Position numbers and translations under genes: made by a program
NCBI RefSeq assembly: GCF_018977255.1
Contig: NW_024704742.1
Span: 11,100,001 to 11,164,000 of the forward strand
DNA length: 64,000 nucleotides
Source of the DNA: Callorhinchus milii
Lineage: Eukaryota
Direction of reading: 5' to 3'
The notes under the pieces: model-generated
The model's database searches: none
The model's input: only the letters and a program-made list of their open reading frames with translations
Told to the model about the DNA's origin: nothing
Part shown: positions 49,804 to 63,240 of the stretch, piece after piece
How the letters are laid out: each line of letters starts with the position of its first letter
Numbering within the stretch: position 1 is the first letter of the stretch

Positions 49804-50895
49804 GTTGGACTCATTTTAAAAACAGCTTGAAGCTTTAATGGGAAGATGGTAGGATGCGTATTATGGAAGGATGAGATCAAGTGGGCCAATGGGCCTTTTT
49901 TCATTGGAACCAATCTTGTAATTATTAAAATCATTAGGTGTCTATAAATTGCAGACACTGTAAGTAAATCAATTGTGTGTCCATGTGTCTCCCTGTATTC
50001 TCAATTATTGTTAAAGATTCTGGCTTTTTTAATGACTTTCCTCATCTGTCTGAAGTTACTGACCAATTCTGGGGTGCTGCCTACAAATTTTACTGTAATA
50101 AAGCCCCCACTTCCACAAATTCAGCCACTTATTGAATAATCGAACTGAGCCATCAGACGAGCTAACAAAACAGAGTAGACATATATTTGGACTTTACAAT
50201 TATTAACTGCTGTACTTTGAGACGTAGAAACGTTTTTTACTTCTGAGTATAATGCAAAATGATAACTTGTCTGTTATTGATTGAGAATTCACACATGATG
50301 TGTCACTGCCAGATTTAGCAGATCAATTGCAAAGAAAGGAATTTAAAAGAAAATATTCCTCCCACCCCCAAAAAAAATTCCACAGTGGAATTTTTAAGCT
50401 TTAAGTCAGTCTCCCTTTGAATTGATACAATCTTTATCTGATACAGACCATGATCTGACTGAACGTTGATGCCAACAAGTAATAAGGAAGGGAATTGGTT
50501 AAGAGGTCGAAGGTCATTGCAGGAGATGACTGGTAGCTAAACACGAATGTGTTATCAACAGTCTGATCTGGTTAATAAACTGATCACATTCTCGAATACC
50601 TGAGTTTGACCTCTACTGAATACATTCTACCACAGAACTGCATTATTTTCAGTTTGTCTGAATTTCATCCAAATCCCTTGTGTGCTTCTTGCAACACATT
50701 GCACAAGCAAAGGGTTGCAGAATGGAAACTCTATTCCCTTTAATGTGGTGCAATTTACTGCCTGTTTACTTTAGTGGGATAATTGCAAAGTGTATTGAAT
50801 GTAGACTGAACGCTCTACGCCTCTTGCTTGATACAAAGGGAGAGCAAGGCTCCGTCAAGCAGCATTAAAGATGCATTAGTTGTGAATGACATTGT

Positions 50896-51200
50896 GACGT
50901 CCTGCAGCTCAGTGGTTAGAGCATTCGGTTTGCAAGCAAGAGACCTGGGTTCGATTCCCGGCAGGGCAAAACCTTGGGCAAGTTTCCTTACTCCACACGC
51001 CTGATAATAATCCCTCAAAAAAAAAAAAAAAATTGGTCATTTTCAATCCACGACTCTTTGTGGGACACTGCTGTGTGCAATTGGCTGCCGCATTTCACCC
51101 ACAAATATATACAGTCAATTCACTTTACAGTCTATTCTGTGAAACACTTTGAGAAGTCTAGAAGACGTCAAAAGTACTATATCAAATGCAAGTATTATTA
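50896..51200 (+). mobile_element. Short-body SINE with intermediate tail
   Basis: Head with GGTTCGATTCCCGG; tail GAGAAGTCTAGAAGACGTC like the 216-510 copy. Confidence 0.88.
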
Positions 51201-52779
51201 CTGTTATGACAATTATTCCACCAAAATGTACAGTAACTATTTGCAGGGGGGAGGTATGAAGAAACTTCTTCATGTATGTGGATTATTACAATGTGCAATA
51301 CTTTGACCTAAGTGGCTATTTGGGTTGAGACCATGACAATATTTATAGCAGTATTTGATAATCATTATTAAGAAAGAATATATTTTTAAAAAAACAGAAA
51401 AAGGGCATGGAATTGGGATTCAAGTAAGTCATTCTAAGAAAGGAGCTGGCATCAGTCTAAGCTTGATCACCAATCATTATATTTGTTATAGTCCTTTCAC
51501 ATCAAGAGGATATCTCGAAGGATTTACTGAAAAGTGTAGTAATTGTGTATTTTGTAGGCAAATGTGCCAATTGATCCAGTATGGTAACTGAATGACCTCC
51601 TCCTATGCTGCATTTTCTATGAATGTAAGCTGTATATATTTATGCATTCTTGTGTTTCAGGAAAGAGACAGGTACTCAGTAAAAATGTGTCTTAATTGTG
51701 CTGGAATCCTAAAATTTCATTTATCTCTATTTGCAGGAGTTTGGACCTGTGACTCCAGGGAGAAACTTCATTGTGGACTGCGCACAGCAGTGCTGAACAC
51801 ACAGAGGTAGTCTAATCTTGGCCAATGTTCATGTTGATACTTTTGCAAAGCAACGTTTGATTATTTTTGTGTGAGCTTTTGAACAGGAAGTTGGATTCTG
51901 CCAAGGTTAAACTTCCAATGCCTTTATTTTAACCTTTTTTTAAATATGGTCAAATCCAACCTCCCATTCATGTCAGCTGTGATTTAAAATGCACTTATGT
52001 AGAAGCTTTGCTGCCCTGAAGGAGCTGTGTTGTTTGGCCCTGTGCTTTGCATAAAAAATGTCTTCCTTCACAAATGGTGCATACTATACATTAGTGTGAA
52101 TGTGTGCAGAACAGTGTGATGTGTACATTTTGTACACAATGTTACACTGGCTGACAGTGTGTTGTGTACATTTTGAGTTAAGATGGTCTAAAGAGGCTTC
52201 CTGAATTTTTCCCTTCATAGCTAACCCTTGGATCTTAGACATTCACGTAGCTTTTTAAATTTCAATTTCAGTAAACCATCATTAACTGATTTTTTTTGGT
52301 GAATAAGTCAACAATTTGTATACGTATTACAGCGAGATCCGTTTGGTACAAAATCCACAAAAGCCTTGTACATGGGCACATTGGGGGATTTCCTGCGGCT
52401 GAGTGCAATATCAGTTTATTCTCTTAGTGCCCTTCTCTTGCTGAAGCACAGAGTTACCATGTCTTTCCACGCTTTACTGGTCTCTTAGCAACTTTAAACC
52501 AACCTCTCCTAAGGGTTCATGCTGGAATCATCATTCACCTTGTGGTGACAGGAATTTCAGCTTCCTGTGTGTTCTTTTACTGTAGCCTTTTTTTTCTAAC
52601 TTTCAACAGTTGCACCTCATGATTTATTTTGTAAAAATCAGTGAGGACTGGCAATACTGTTATCACAGGCTCTTTGGATGGGAGCACATCCTTCTTAAAA
52701 ACTGCAGAACTTTTTCCCAAATCCCATGTGATCTTTAAGTGGAGTTGAGAAAGCAAACTCAGAACAATAGTGTCAGATA

Positions 52780-53070
52780 TGCCATAGCGGCAGAACAAGA
52801 GGGTGCAAGTTTACAGTTGTAAAGAGCAATTTCAGGACAAATGGCTGGTTTATTTTTACCCAGAGGCCAATTCATGACTAGAGCAAGTTACAGAAATGAT
52901 AGTTGAAGCCAGGACACTGTGGACTCATTATATAAAACAGCTCCATACTGTGCTAGGAAGAGGTGGTCGGGTGGGTGGGTTGTTTCGGTCGGTCAGTGCA
53001 TAGGTACATAGTCTGGAAGGATAAGATCAAATAGTCAAAAAACCTTCCTTATCCAAACCAATTTTGTTAT
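52780..53070 (+). mobile_element. Old CR1 3' remnant
   Basis: AGAACAAGAGGG...TTTTTACCCAGAGG...GATAAGATCAAATAG. Confidence 0.55.
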
Positions 53071-54771
53071 TATGTGAAAACAAAATGGTTTTACAGACAG
53101 ACTTGTGTTTCCTAAGAGCTTACCCCTACTTTATTATAAAGAGGTTCTGAAGAATGGAATATTTCTTTTAATAGAAGCCTGACTCAGTCATTTGATTGTA
53201 TTTAGGTATCTACGTGCTTTCAATCTCCCTGCTTCCCACCCTGCCCTTCACCCTCCCCCACCCCGACCCTCAGCTCGGGTCTGTTACTCTGTTTGTCCAG
53301 CGTCTTGGGACGTCCTCCCGACTTGAAAGGCGCAAAACAAATGTAATTTTGTTGTTGGTGTTTGTTGTAAATTGCTGTAAATTATAGGATGTCTTCATAA
53401 GGAATCTCTTCTGACAACCAAAAGTATGTTAAGCAATTCACTGAAACTTCACTCCAACACAATTTACATCTGGAACGGAATGTTCGAGAGTATACAGAAA
53501 TTCTGTGAGGATTCTTAATGAAATTACTGCAAATTAGATCTTCATGTCTATATTGAGCTACACTTCCAATCAAAGGCACAGAGCAGACATGAAACACAAT
53601 TATAATTGACAATATAAAGACTATGTCCCCCCCCCCACTCACCTTCATAACACTAGAAAATCTCACTCTATTGCATGACACATATTAACCTTAAAACTTA
53701 ATAGGCTTTAAAAGCAGGGAAGTTGTGAGACCTCCCTCACTGTGTGCCTTTCGCCTCCACTTCCTTTTTAACATTGAGCCTGTGGTTTGTCAGAGACATT
53801 TACTTTAGATTCACCAGTTGGCCCCTGCCTCATTCGCTTTGTACCACGACAAATGACTGCATTCGATATTAATTATGATAATGGCTGTGCTCCCTTCCCA
53901 TTAGGACATTTCTACCAGAGCAGCCAAAAGCAACCTCTTTGGCAACTAATGGAATTTTGTTCAGAAAAGGGGTTAAATGGGCCAAGGCCTTCACTGTCAC
54001 AAAGGCAATATGCCTAACAAATGTCATATATTACAAGTTCCAAAGAGAACTCACCCCATCAATATCAAAGATTCAAGGGTTCCTTCAATATCAAAGGTCC
54101 AGAAGGATATAAAGGGACATTTTGTTTTCGATTACATGCAAGCCTAATGGAGGATTGGGCTCATGGCCAGTCAGTGCTTACAAATACTATTCCTGGTTTA
54201 TCCCCAAAGTTCCTTTGCAGCTCCAAAGTTCCAGAGATATAAGGTAAACGGACACAGCTGTTCTGCTTAAATGCAGATGATTCCCTATCCATACAATACA
54301 ATGCAATTTACATTTATATAGTGCATTTCACATTGGAGGATGTCTCAAAGCGCCGTACACAGCTGACTGGGCATCCAAGCAGATGGGGGGAAGGATGGGG
54401 GAGGAAGAGTAGTTGGTAACTGAAGAGGGAAGGGGGGAGAGAGATGACCAAAAGTACTGTTAAGAGATAAGACTGCAATAAACATTAACACTTAAATGTA
54501 AATGTGCATTAACCCCTTTGTCCATATATTGCGAAAGTACAGGTCAGGCTGCATTGAATGTTGGTAGAGACCACATCATGCATGAAGTCACATGAAGGAA
54601 AATAAAATAAAATTGTACATTCATTGAGGTGGAAACGTTTTTTTCCCCCTCAGAGAAGAAAGAGAATGGCAGAGAATGACTTTTTGTATATCAAAAAAAG
54701 GATTAAAAACAATTATATACTGTATGTGCCCACAGAATCTTTATCGTAAACATTAGCATCATGTCCACTTT

Positions 54772-55098
54772 TAATAATCAATAATAATAATCCTTGCATT
54801 TGATATAGCGCTTTTCACGTCGGGAGGACGTCCCAAAGCGCTTCACAGAACACACTGTAAAGTAAATTGACTGTATATTTGTGGGCGAACGCGGCAGCCA
54901 ATTGCGCACAGCAATGTCTCACAAACAGTCGTAGATTGAAAATGACCAATTTATTATTGTTTTTTTTGGTTTTTGGAAGGACTATTATTAGGCGTGTGGA
55001 GTAAGGAAACTTGCCCAAGGTTTCGCCCTCTTCCTGGAATTGAACTCAGGTCTCTCGCTTGCAAAGCAAGTGCTCTAACCACTGAGCCACAGGACTCC
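54772..55098 (-). mobile_element. Young full-length SINE
   Basis: Near-identical reverse copy of 45076-45389. Confidence 0.93.
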
Positions 55099-55504
55099 AC
55101 AACTTAACACATTAAACAAAATTTGATCAAGTGGCTTTTTTGCTCATGGGAGCTATACTGTGATACATTTCTGTGGGCATTCAGACTGCCACACAATGCT
55201 CTTCATTGCCAGATGATTGTAAATGGGATAGATGTTAAACTTTATTTTCACCTCTGCCTTAACACAAAAAAAGATTGTTGTTATTAGTGCCAAGCACAGT
55301 GCTAGGGCTGGTTGAATTCTTTCTTCTCTTTCTGTGTTAGTACTGGGTCACCAGCTTCATCGGTAGGAATCAACATGACTCGAGTCCTCCCTGATATTTT
55401 CAGCTTAGATAACTGGTTTCAAGTGTGCAAAATGAGCTGCCTCGATATTTTTGGCAAGATACAAGCAACTCTAAAACATTGTGCTTCATTTTTTAATACG
55501 ATTT

Positions 55505-55600
55505 TGGGAGTTTTCCAATAGCTCAGTTGGTAAGTGCACTTTGGCTGTGATTGAACCATACAGAACCTTGTACTGAGCCACATTAGCTGTTCTCAACAGC
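55505..55600 (+). mobile_element. AmnSINE2-like head fragment
   Basis: TAGCTCAGTTGGTAAGTGCACT...GAACCATACAGA. Confidence 0.5.
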
Positions 55601-56215
55601 AGCAAATTACATTTATACAGCTCCTTTCATGTCAGACAGTTAAGGGTTTGTAGCTGGGGATTGGAATCAAGAGGAGTGGAGAATCTTGAGCCAGGCCTTG
55701 AAGGAGGGAAGGGAGGGGGCAAGGTGGAGCTATTCTGAGCTGGAGTTCCAGAGGGTGAAGGCAGAAAAGTTGAAGGCCCGACCGCTGATGGTGGAGCAGG
55801 CAAGCCTGGGGACATGGAGCAGATTAGTGCATGCTGAGCTGAGGGAATGGGCAGGTTGGTATGATGTTAATAGGTCACCGAGATAGGGAGGAGCATGACC
55901 GCGGAAGGCTTCGAAAGGTAAGATGAGCATTTTAAACTTGATCCTCTGGGGGATGGGGAGTCAGTGGAGCTGGGCGAGGGTGGGTATGATGGGGTTATGG
56001 AACCTGGTGCTGGAGAGGACATGAGCTGCAGAATTCTGAATAATCTGCAACTTGCGTAGGGAAGAGTTGGGATGTCCTGCGAGCAGGGAGTAAGTGTAGT
56101 CGAGCCTGGACATGATGAATGCATGAATGAGAGCCTCGTCAGGCTGATAGGAGGGGCAGTGGAGGAGGTTGGCAATATTGTGGAATGGAGGAAAGCAGAA
56201 CTGGGGAAGAGGTAC
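55600..56215 (-). mobile_element. L2 3' fragment
   Basis: Minus strand HAFIMSRLDY, PPYLGDLL, GRAFNFSAFTLWNS. Confidence 0.88.
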
Positions 56216-56949
56216 TTTTTAACATGCACCTTGTATATCTTGCATACTTTTTAATGTGTGCATCCAGCAATTACAGTAAGGAAACTCTTAAGTACATTAC
56301 TCTTCAGCTGCAGATGTTGTTTTGTACCATACCTTCCATTAAATTTATTAAAGGTGGCAGTACAAAGATTAATGATGATGCTCGGTTATTATGCCCCTAG
56401 CACAGACTGTGATAATGCACATGAATACACATCATAAATAGGATGTGCTTGCCTAAATGTAGCTCGGTGTGTGAGGAAAGGCGAAGGAATGACTGTAATT
56501 CACTGACATTATTCCACTTTGTCTTCAGTCGTATTGCTAATGATAGCTGACAGTGCCTTGGGCCCTCTGGTCAATGAACGTTATGAACGCTGTTACTTTT
56601 CACCAGTGCAGTGGATTTATTTTTTATTGAACTTGGTAGGTGTTGGCATCAGGACTGGCACTCTCTTTGAATTTATTTGTTGTAAAAGTCCCAATAAAAG
56701 GCTGTCATCGGAACAACACTCAATCATTTTAGTTTGGCAACAACTGAGGGAAATCGTTGGGTGGGTGGAGGGGTGGGTGCCCCCAATAGAAATGAACAAC
56801 CAGAATATTCTTAGGCACAATTGGGAAGGAAAATTCATTTGCCTTTTAATGGTACCTTATCTCAAAATGCTTCATGGTAATCATTATCAAGCATAGTGAT
56901 GCGCATTTGCAGGCAAACATTGCACATGGCAATGTTCATTGAAATCCTT

Positions 56950-57255
56950 CCAACCCATCTGTTGCCTCCATTCGGCAGGTACTGGCCTGCTTCACATCCC
57001 CACCCTGTCTGTCCCACGATTGGTGGTTGGGACTTCAGCCTTTTTTGCCCACATCCTGGAGTCCCTTCACCACAACCCCTCAGTCCCCTCCTTCAAGGTC
57101 CATCTCAAAACCTTTCTTTTTGATCGGGCCTTCGGGCATCTTACCCCCCGAATCCAACTCCCAACTCGGGTGCAAACCCTCAACTGTCTCGCGCCTTGGG
57201 GCGTTCTCCCAATGTGAAGCGCTATATAAATACAATTTGTTGTGTTGGTGTTGTT
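56950..57255 (+). mobile_element. L2 3' end
   Basis: SFKVHLKTFLFDRAF plus tail GCGCTATATAAAT...TTGTTG. Confidence 0.85.
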
Positions 57256-57679
57256 CACTTACCAAATAGTCACTACCTTACACTAGTGTAAATTCCATGA
57301 AGCATTTTGAGATATCTCAGAAATGTGGTAAGGTGCAATATCAAAGTCAAGGATTATTATTATAAATATAAAAATAATAAATATTATTACAGGAATCCCT
57401 GCTGGGGTAAGACTAGGGCCAAATAATAATAATTATTTTTATTTATGTAATGTCTCACAAACAACCATGAGGTGAACGACCAATCAATCTGGTAACTTGT
57501 TGACCAAGACACTGAAACAATCTCCCTTCTATTTTTGAATAGAAAATTCACCCTCTTGCTCAGGTGCAGTTCAACACTGGTTGCTCTGGTTGCTCTCCAG
57601 CACCCGAGTACCAAGTTCCTTATCCTTATTGGGGCTTGGGCAGGGGGAAGTGGTAAACAGTGTCTTCTTGGAGCTGAAC

Positions 57680-58309
57680 TGGGATACTAGGCTTTATAAA
57701 TAGGGGCATAGTGTACAAGAGTCAGGAGGTTATGATTAACCTATATAAAGCACTGGTTAGGCCTCAGTTAGAATACTGCACCCAGTTCTGGGCACCACAC
57801 TATAGGAAGGATGTTAAGGCATTGGAAAGGGTGCAGAGGAGATTTACGAGGATGGTACCAGGAATGAGGGACCTTGATTATGAGGAAAGGCTTGAGAGGC
57901 TGGGATTATTCTCATTGGAGCAGAGAAGGTTATGAGGAGACCTAATAGAGGTCTTCAAAATCATGAGGGGATTTGATAGGTTAGAAAGGGAAAAACTGTT
58001 TCCACTGGTGGGAGCGTTGGTGACTCGAGGTCAGAGATTCAAAATAGTCTCTAAAAGAAGCAGAGGGGAGGTGAGAAGAAATTTTTTCACGCAGCGAGTT
58101 GTTTGAATCTGGAACACATTGCCTGAAAGGGTGGTCGAGGGCGATTCGATAACTACTTTTAAAAATGCGTGGATGGGTATTTGAGGAGGACGAGTTTGCA
58201 GGGTTATGCGTGAAGTGGGACTGACATTAATTGCTCCATTCAAAGAGCCAGCACAAACTTGATGGGCCGAATGGCCTTTTTTTGTGCTGTATGATTCTTT
58301 GATTCTATG
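57680..58309 (+). mobile_element. CR1 3' fragment
   Basis: LYKALVRPQLEYCTQFWAPHYRKDVKALERVQRRFTRMVPG; tail GATTCTTTGATTCTATG. Confidence 0.93.
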
Positions 58310-58699
58310 AACAAAGCTTCCTTCAATACTGCACTGGAGCATGAGGTTAGACTGTAAGCTCAAATCCCAACATGTGACTCAGATCCACAGCCTTCTGACC
58401 CAGATACAAACAATATTCCCAGTAATCGTATATTTATAAGAACACAATAAACTCTCCCTGACTTAATCACAGTTGTCAGTCCCTTAGGATACAGATCCTA
58501 ATAACTCCATGAGACATGATTTACTAGAGAGCAGTGTCAGTCATGACACTGTTCTATTTCAACTAAAGAATACAAAACAGAATAAAATCCTGCTAGGTTT
58601 AAAACGTAAAAAGCCCTTTCAGTCCACTATGTCTGTGATAGTGCTCCCTCGCTGAAATTAGCACTCACAAACTATTTTAGTCTTTTCCCCTATTACTGT

Positions 58700-58949
58700 A
58701 CTCTGATTCTATTTCCCTGTTCTTTTTCATACCCTTTATTTTGATACGCTCTTATCGTTCCTGGAGCATATATTATCAAATTCTCCTTTAAATGCTGTTG
58801 TGCACACTTTTTTATCAGCAATTTATTTGTGAAGCATTCAATATTCTAACAACCCTCTATATAGAATAAATCATCCAACTGCCCCCTCTTTCCAGGTAAT
58901 AATCCTCAATTTATCCACTCATGATATTGACTCATCAATTAGTTGAATT

Positions 58950-58980
<31 letters not shown>

Positions 58981-59165
58981 GTCTTTACCCTATCAGAATC
59001 ATTCATGATTTTGAAACTCCTTTTGATTCCTCCAGTGAACCTTCCCTGCTCTAATGAAAACAATCCAACTATTCCAGTCTCTCTGACCAACTGTAACTTC
59101 CCATCCCTGGTATCATCCCAGGAAATCTCTGCTTTATCCCTTCATCTCATGTCCAATGAACATTG
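58700..59165 (-). mobile_element. Old CR1 3' remnant containing (CT)14 at 58951-58978
   Basis: CCCTATCAGAATCATTCATGATTTTGAAAC; similar piece at 60010-60175. Confidence 0.6.
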
Positions 59166-60909
59166 CAATGTAATATTTTAGATGTAGCATGGATGTGGAT
59201 TCGGGTATGAGTTAAGACTGGAATTTGGTTTCCAGGGTTCATGTCCTCATTGAGTGTTTAGAGATTTGATACTCCCAGTCATTGTCTGTTTCCTATATAA
59301 TGTGAAGTCCTGGAATTCCCTATGAAATGCAATGCAATTAACCCAATTCTTCTACAGGTGCTCCTTCGCCAGTCCACAATATCCCCTTGAGTCTCAAATA
59401 TTCCTATAGCTCATAAGCTGTGCATCATGTTGAAATGGTAGTGGAGATAAAACTATAATTTAGAAAAAGAATCATACCAGAAAAAACTTACATATATTAG
59501 CGATGGGGTGTAATTTGCAAGTTAAATTTAGGTTCCTTAAGTATTGAATATGCATTAGCCAGATGTGTCAAGGGCAGCCCTTGTTGACCCCTACATGTGG
59601 TGGTTTGGAGTTTGGGTGAAGCATATCAGCTTTTTGACTTGGGATCTTGAAGCTGAGAAGAATTATTAACGTAGCCATCAAATGTGGAAATTGCTTTTTG
59701 GATAAAATTAGAAGCTCTGTCTGTTTCTTTGATTCGTCATTGATGGTAAGCACTGTGAATTTGAATATCGTAGGAGTCCATTTAAATTGAAGTAATTTTG
59801 GTGTCTCAACATGCTTGCGTTGCAACTACTTTTAAAAGCATCAAGACAGTAGAACAAGAGGATACAGGTTTGGGATTGCTAAGGGCAATTTCAGGAGTAA
59901 CACCAGGAAGTATTTCTTTATTCAGAGGTTAAATACAGACTGAAACAGGTTACCAGAATGGGTAGTTGAAATGACATTGGATTTATTTATAACATAGCTC
60001 AATGCTCTCTTTTTAACCCTATCAAAAACATTCATGATTTTGAAACTTTAGATTCCTCCACTGAACCATTCCTACTCCAGTGAAAACAATCCAACTATTC
60101 TAGACTATCTGAATACCTGTAACCGCTTGTCCTTGGTGTCATACCCTTCATTTCATATCCAATGATCATTCCATGTCCATTCGAGGGAATTTCTGCTCTA
60201 TCCCTTCATCCCATGTCCTTTATTCAGACTCCAGACAATCAAAAGGGATAAGGGAACGTGATCATTCCAAATTACGCCATAATCAACAGCTCACAAGGCT
60301 CCTGTTGCTGTTGAGATCTTTCAGAGGCCTTCCACTTGGTTTGGATGCTCTTAAGCATGGTGATGGGTTTCCACATGGTCAGACAGCTGGCCATAAAATG
60401 TCCCAGAAAGTCCTACAGAGAGGCTGAGCCTTGCTGTGTGACATCACCCAAGGAAATGTAAGCTTCTAATATTGCACTCAGCAGCTTTTTGTGAATAATC
60501 TTAACACTGCTGGAGAAATGTAAAATAAAGAAAATGAATACATGGTATTTTTGATAGCGAGATATAACATTAGTTGCATTGTCTGTTAAACGTGTTGTTC
60601 TGAATCATGATTGAATGCAGAGAAAGTTGCAAAACTTGAGCTAATTTCAACTCTGTTTACATCGGAGAGTCAGTGAGTAAAGTTCACTGAGTTGACTGGT
60701 GGCCATAGGTTATGCAATGATGTTTCACTTTCTATTTATGTACAATAAAGTTTTATGTTAAACCATTTTTAAATACTGTATGTCTCTTATAAACTCAATG
60801 GGGGAATTGTTAAAAAAAATCAAATATTTATTGTCGTTAAAATCGTATCCTTATCTTTGTTGTTTGGTCAGCCAGGTGACATGTGCGGAGACCCATCATA
60901 ATGCAATAC

Positions 60910-61815
60910 AAAATTACATTTCTAAAGTGCCTTTAATATTGGGAGGAAATCCCAAGGCGCTGAACAGTCAGGGATTAGGACCTGAGCCGCAGGGGATGGG
61001 TGGGGGGTGGTGGTTGGGATCAGGGAGGGTGTAGGGCAGAGAGGGTAGGAGGGTGGTCAAAGGCACAGTTGAAGAGGAGGGTCTTGAAGCATGCGTTGAA
61101 GGAGGCAAAGGAGGGAATGAAGTGAAGGGAATGTGCAATGGAGTTCCAAAGGGTGAGAGGCTGAAGGCCTGACCACCGATGGAGGGGAGGGCCAGACGGG
61201 GGACAGGGAGCAGGCCAGAGCATGCTGGATGGAGGGAGCAGACATGTTGATAAGGGGTTAGCAGGTCAGAGTGGTTGGAGGGGTCAAGGCCATGGAGGGT
61301 CTTGAAAGTGAGATGAGGATTTTGAATTCTGTCCTCTGAGGGATGGGGAGTCAGTGAAGCCGGTCAAGGTGTGATGTGGTCACAGAGCCTGGAGACAAGA
61401 GTTGGGAAGCCTGTCAAGCAGGGGCTTGGCATAGTCAAGCCTGGTTGAAATGAAGGCATGAGCGAGGGTTTCAGTGGCCTGAGGGGTAAGGCAGTGGCAT
61501 AGTTCGGCAATGCTGTGGAGGTGGGGGAAGGCAGAGCAGGTCATGGCATGGATGTGAGGGAGAGAGGACAGTCAAGGGTCGAACAAGACGCCTAGGTTCC
61601 TGACTGGCTTGGTGAGGTGGAGTGTGCATCCTTGGATGCTGATGCTGCAGTACCTGTGGTGCGGAGGTGCTGGCACGAGCCAATTAGGAGAGTCTCAGTC
61701 TTGCTGATGTTCAACTGTAAAAAGTTGACTTTCATCCAGGACTTGATGTCTGACTGGCAGTCCGTCAGAACACCAGTGGTCTTGGGGTTGAGGGTGGAAG
61801 CAGAGAGATAGATAT
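60910..61815 (-). mobile_element. L2 3' region
   Basis: IYLSASTL..DIKSWMKVNFLQLNISKTE; LWNSI..FKTLLF. Confidence 0.9.
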
Positions 61816-61849
61816 CACCATAATTAATCCCATTCAAACCAGACTAAGA

Positions 61850-61995
61850 GTTGTATTTTCGCAATCTGTGTCTGGAATGGAAGCTTGGTCTCTCCCTGGA
61901 GGGATGCTTACTACTTACCTAATTCCAGAAAGTATATAAGTGCAGGTTGGCAAGAGAAAAGTTTGGGACGGCAGAATGTGTTGTGGCAACTAGCT
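61850..61995 (-). repeat. Family X fragment, opposite orientation
   Basis: GGAATGGAA...CTCTCCCTGGAG...CTTACCTAATTCCAGAAA...GTGCAGGTTGGCAAGAG is the reverse complement of 19390-19510. Confidence 0.75.
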
Positions 61996-62777
61996 CCTGA
62001 GGAAGTCCTAAATTCATTTTGACCCTAATTTGAGAAACTATTTAATATTAAGATTGTAAGTGGTTGTGTGCCATCATTAACAGATGGCTTTCTTTGGTTC
62101 CTTTGCCCATTTTTAATGTTTACATTTTTGTTCCCTTATCGTTGTGACGTTGGTTCCTACCTCATGTCTGAAGTGAGTTGTATATCATGCATAAGTATTC
62201 TCAATGAACGTTGTGTACATCTGAAGAATTTCTGAATATGTATTTCTCCTTTAACATTCCCTTGACAAAGCAAGATACCTAGCGATTGTCTAGCAAAACA
62301 ATACCTAAAGAGTAATTACTGTAAAACAGAGACAGTTTGATGTGATGAGGTTCTTCAAAACATTAGGTGTGAGAGAGCGCAATGGGAATTTACTTGCTGT
62401 GTTTTTTCTGGAAAGACCTGTCCTCAAGTTTGTAATGATGATCCAGCAAACATTGGGAATAGAGTGTATGCTATATTGTAGGAATGAACCCATATTTTCT
62501 AACTCCATAGGCAATGTGGAGAGCCCACTATCTGGCCCAGCCACCTGTATTTACAGGTTTTGAACCTCAAGAATCTGTATTTTCTCCACAGATACTCTTT
62601 TTTTCTTATAAATTAAGTACGTCCAATTATCTTCTTTGAGACTTTCCTTTCTGTTTTGGGTCTGCCCTTGTGTTGTATGATTCCTTAGGAGCTAGTTATA
62701 GTCTATAGAATAGTCGGTAAAGTAAATTGACCGTATATTTGTGGGCGTAGTTGTCCTCCGATACTGACAAAATGACT

Positions 62778-62945
62778 AATCTTCATGTGTGAGCCTTGGA
62801 AATGACTGTTGATAAGCCAGCTGACAGTCCTGTGACAACCAGAAGAGGTTGCTGAAGAGGGAACAGGAGCAAAAACCCTGGCTGTTTTCTTTCCATCTCT
62901 AACTCTGGGAAGATTGGAGCCAATTGAGCCTCCCAATATAACCCC
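62778..62945 (-). mobile_element. AmnSINE2-like SINE fragment
   Basis: CTTCATGTGTGAGCC...CAGGAGCAAAAACCCTGGCTG...GAGCCAATTG. Confidence 0.55.
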
Positions 62946-63029
62946 AGCAAACGAGCAAACTTCCAACAAACTCAATACGGACGGAGATTCTCATTTGTAT
63001 GCTCCAGCTCTATCCACTACATAATCGGC

Positions 63030-63240
63030 ATCACTTTTCTGGGGGTAATAATTCCTTCAAAAAATAATAATAATAAATTGATCACTTCAATCTACGACTC
63101 TTTGTGGGATACTGCTGTGCACAATTGGCTGCCACATTTCGCCCACAAAATATACGGTCAATTCACTTCAGAGTATATTCTGTGAAGGCACTTTGTCTCG
63201 AAGATGTGATCACTGTATCAAATGCAAGCATTATTATTAC
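63030..63240 (+). mobile_element. Long-form SINE 3' part
   Basis: CTTTTCTGGGGGTAATAATTCC...GCTGTGCACAATTGGCTGCC...ATCAAATGCAAGCATTATT. Confidence 0.85.

Larger units (their letters stand above)
47170..49920 (+). mobile_element. Old CR1 3' region broken into three pieces by L2 and younger CR1 insertions
   Basis: ANRMLGCI (about 47190), LDKLEFFRLGKRCLREDRIKVYEIL (49208-49480), 3'UTR GATCAAGTGGGCCAATGGGCC (about 49875). Confidence 0.7.
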
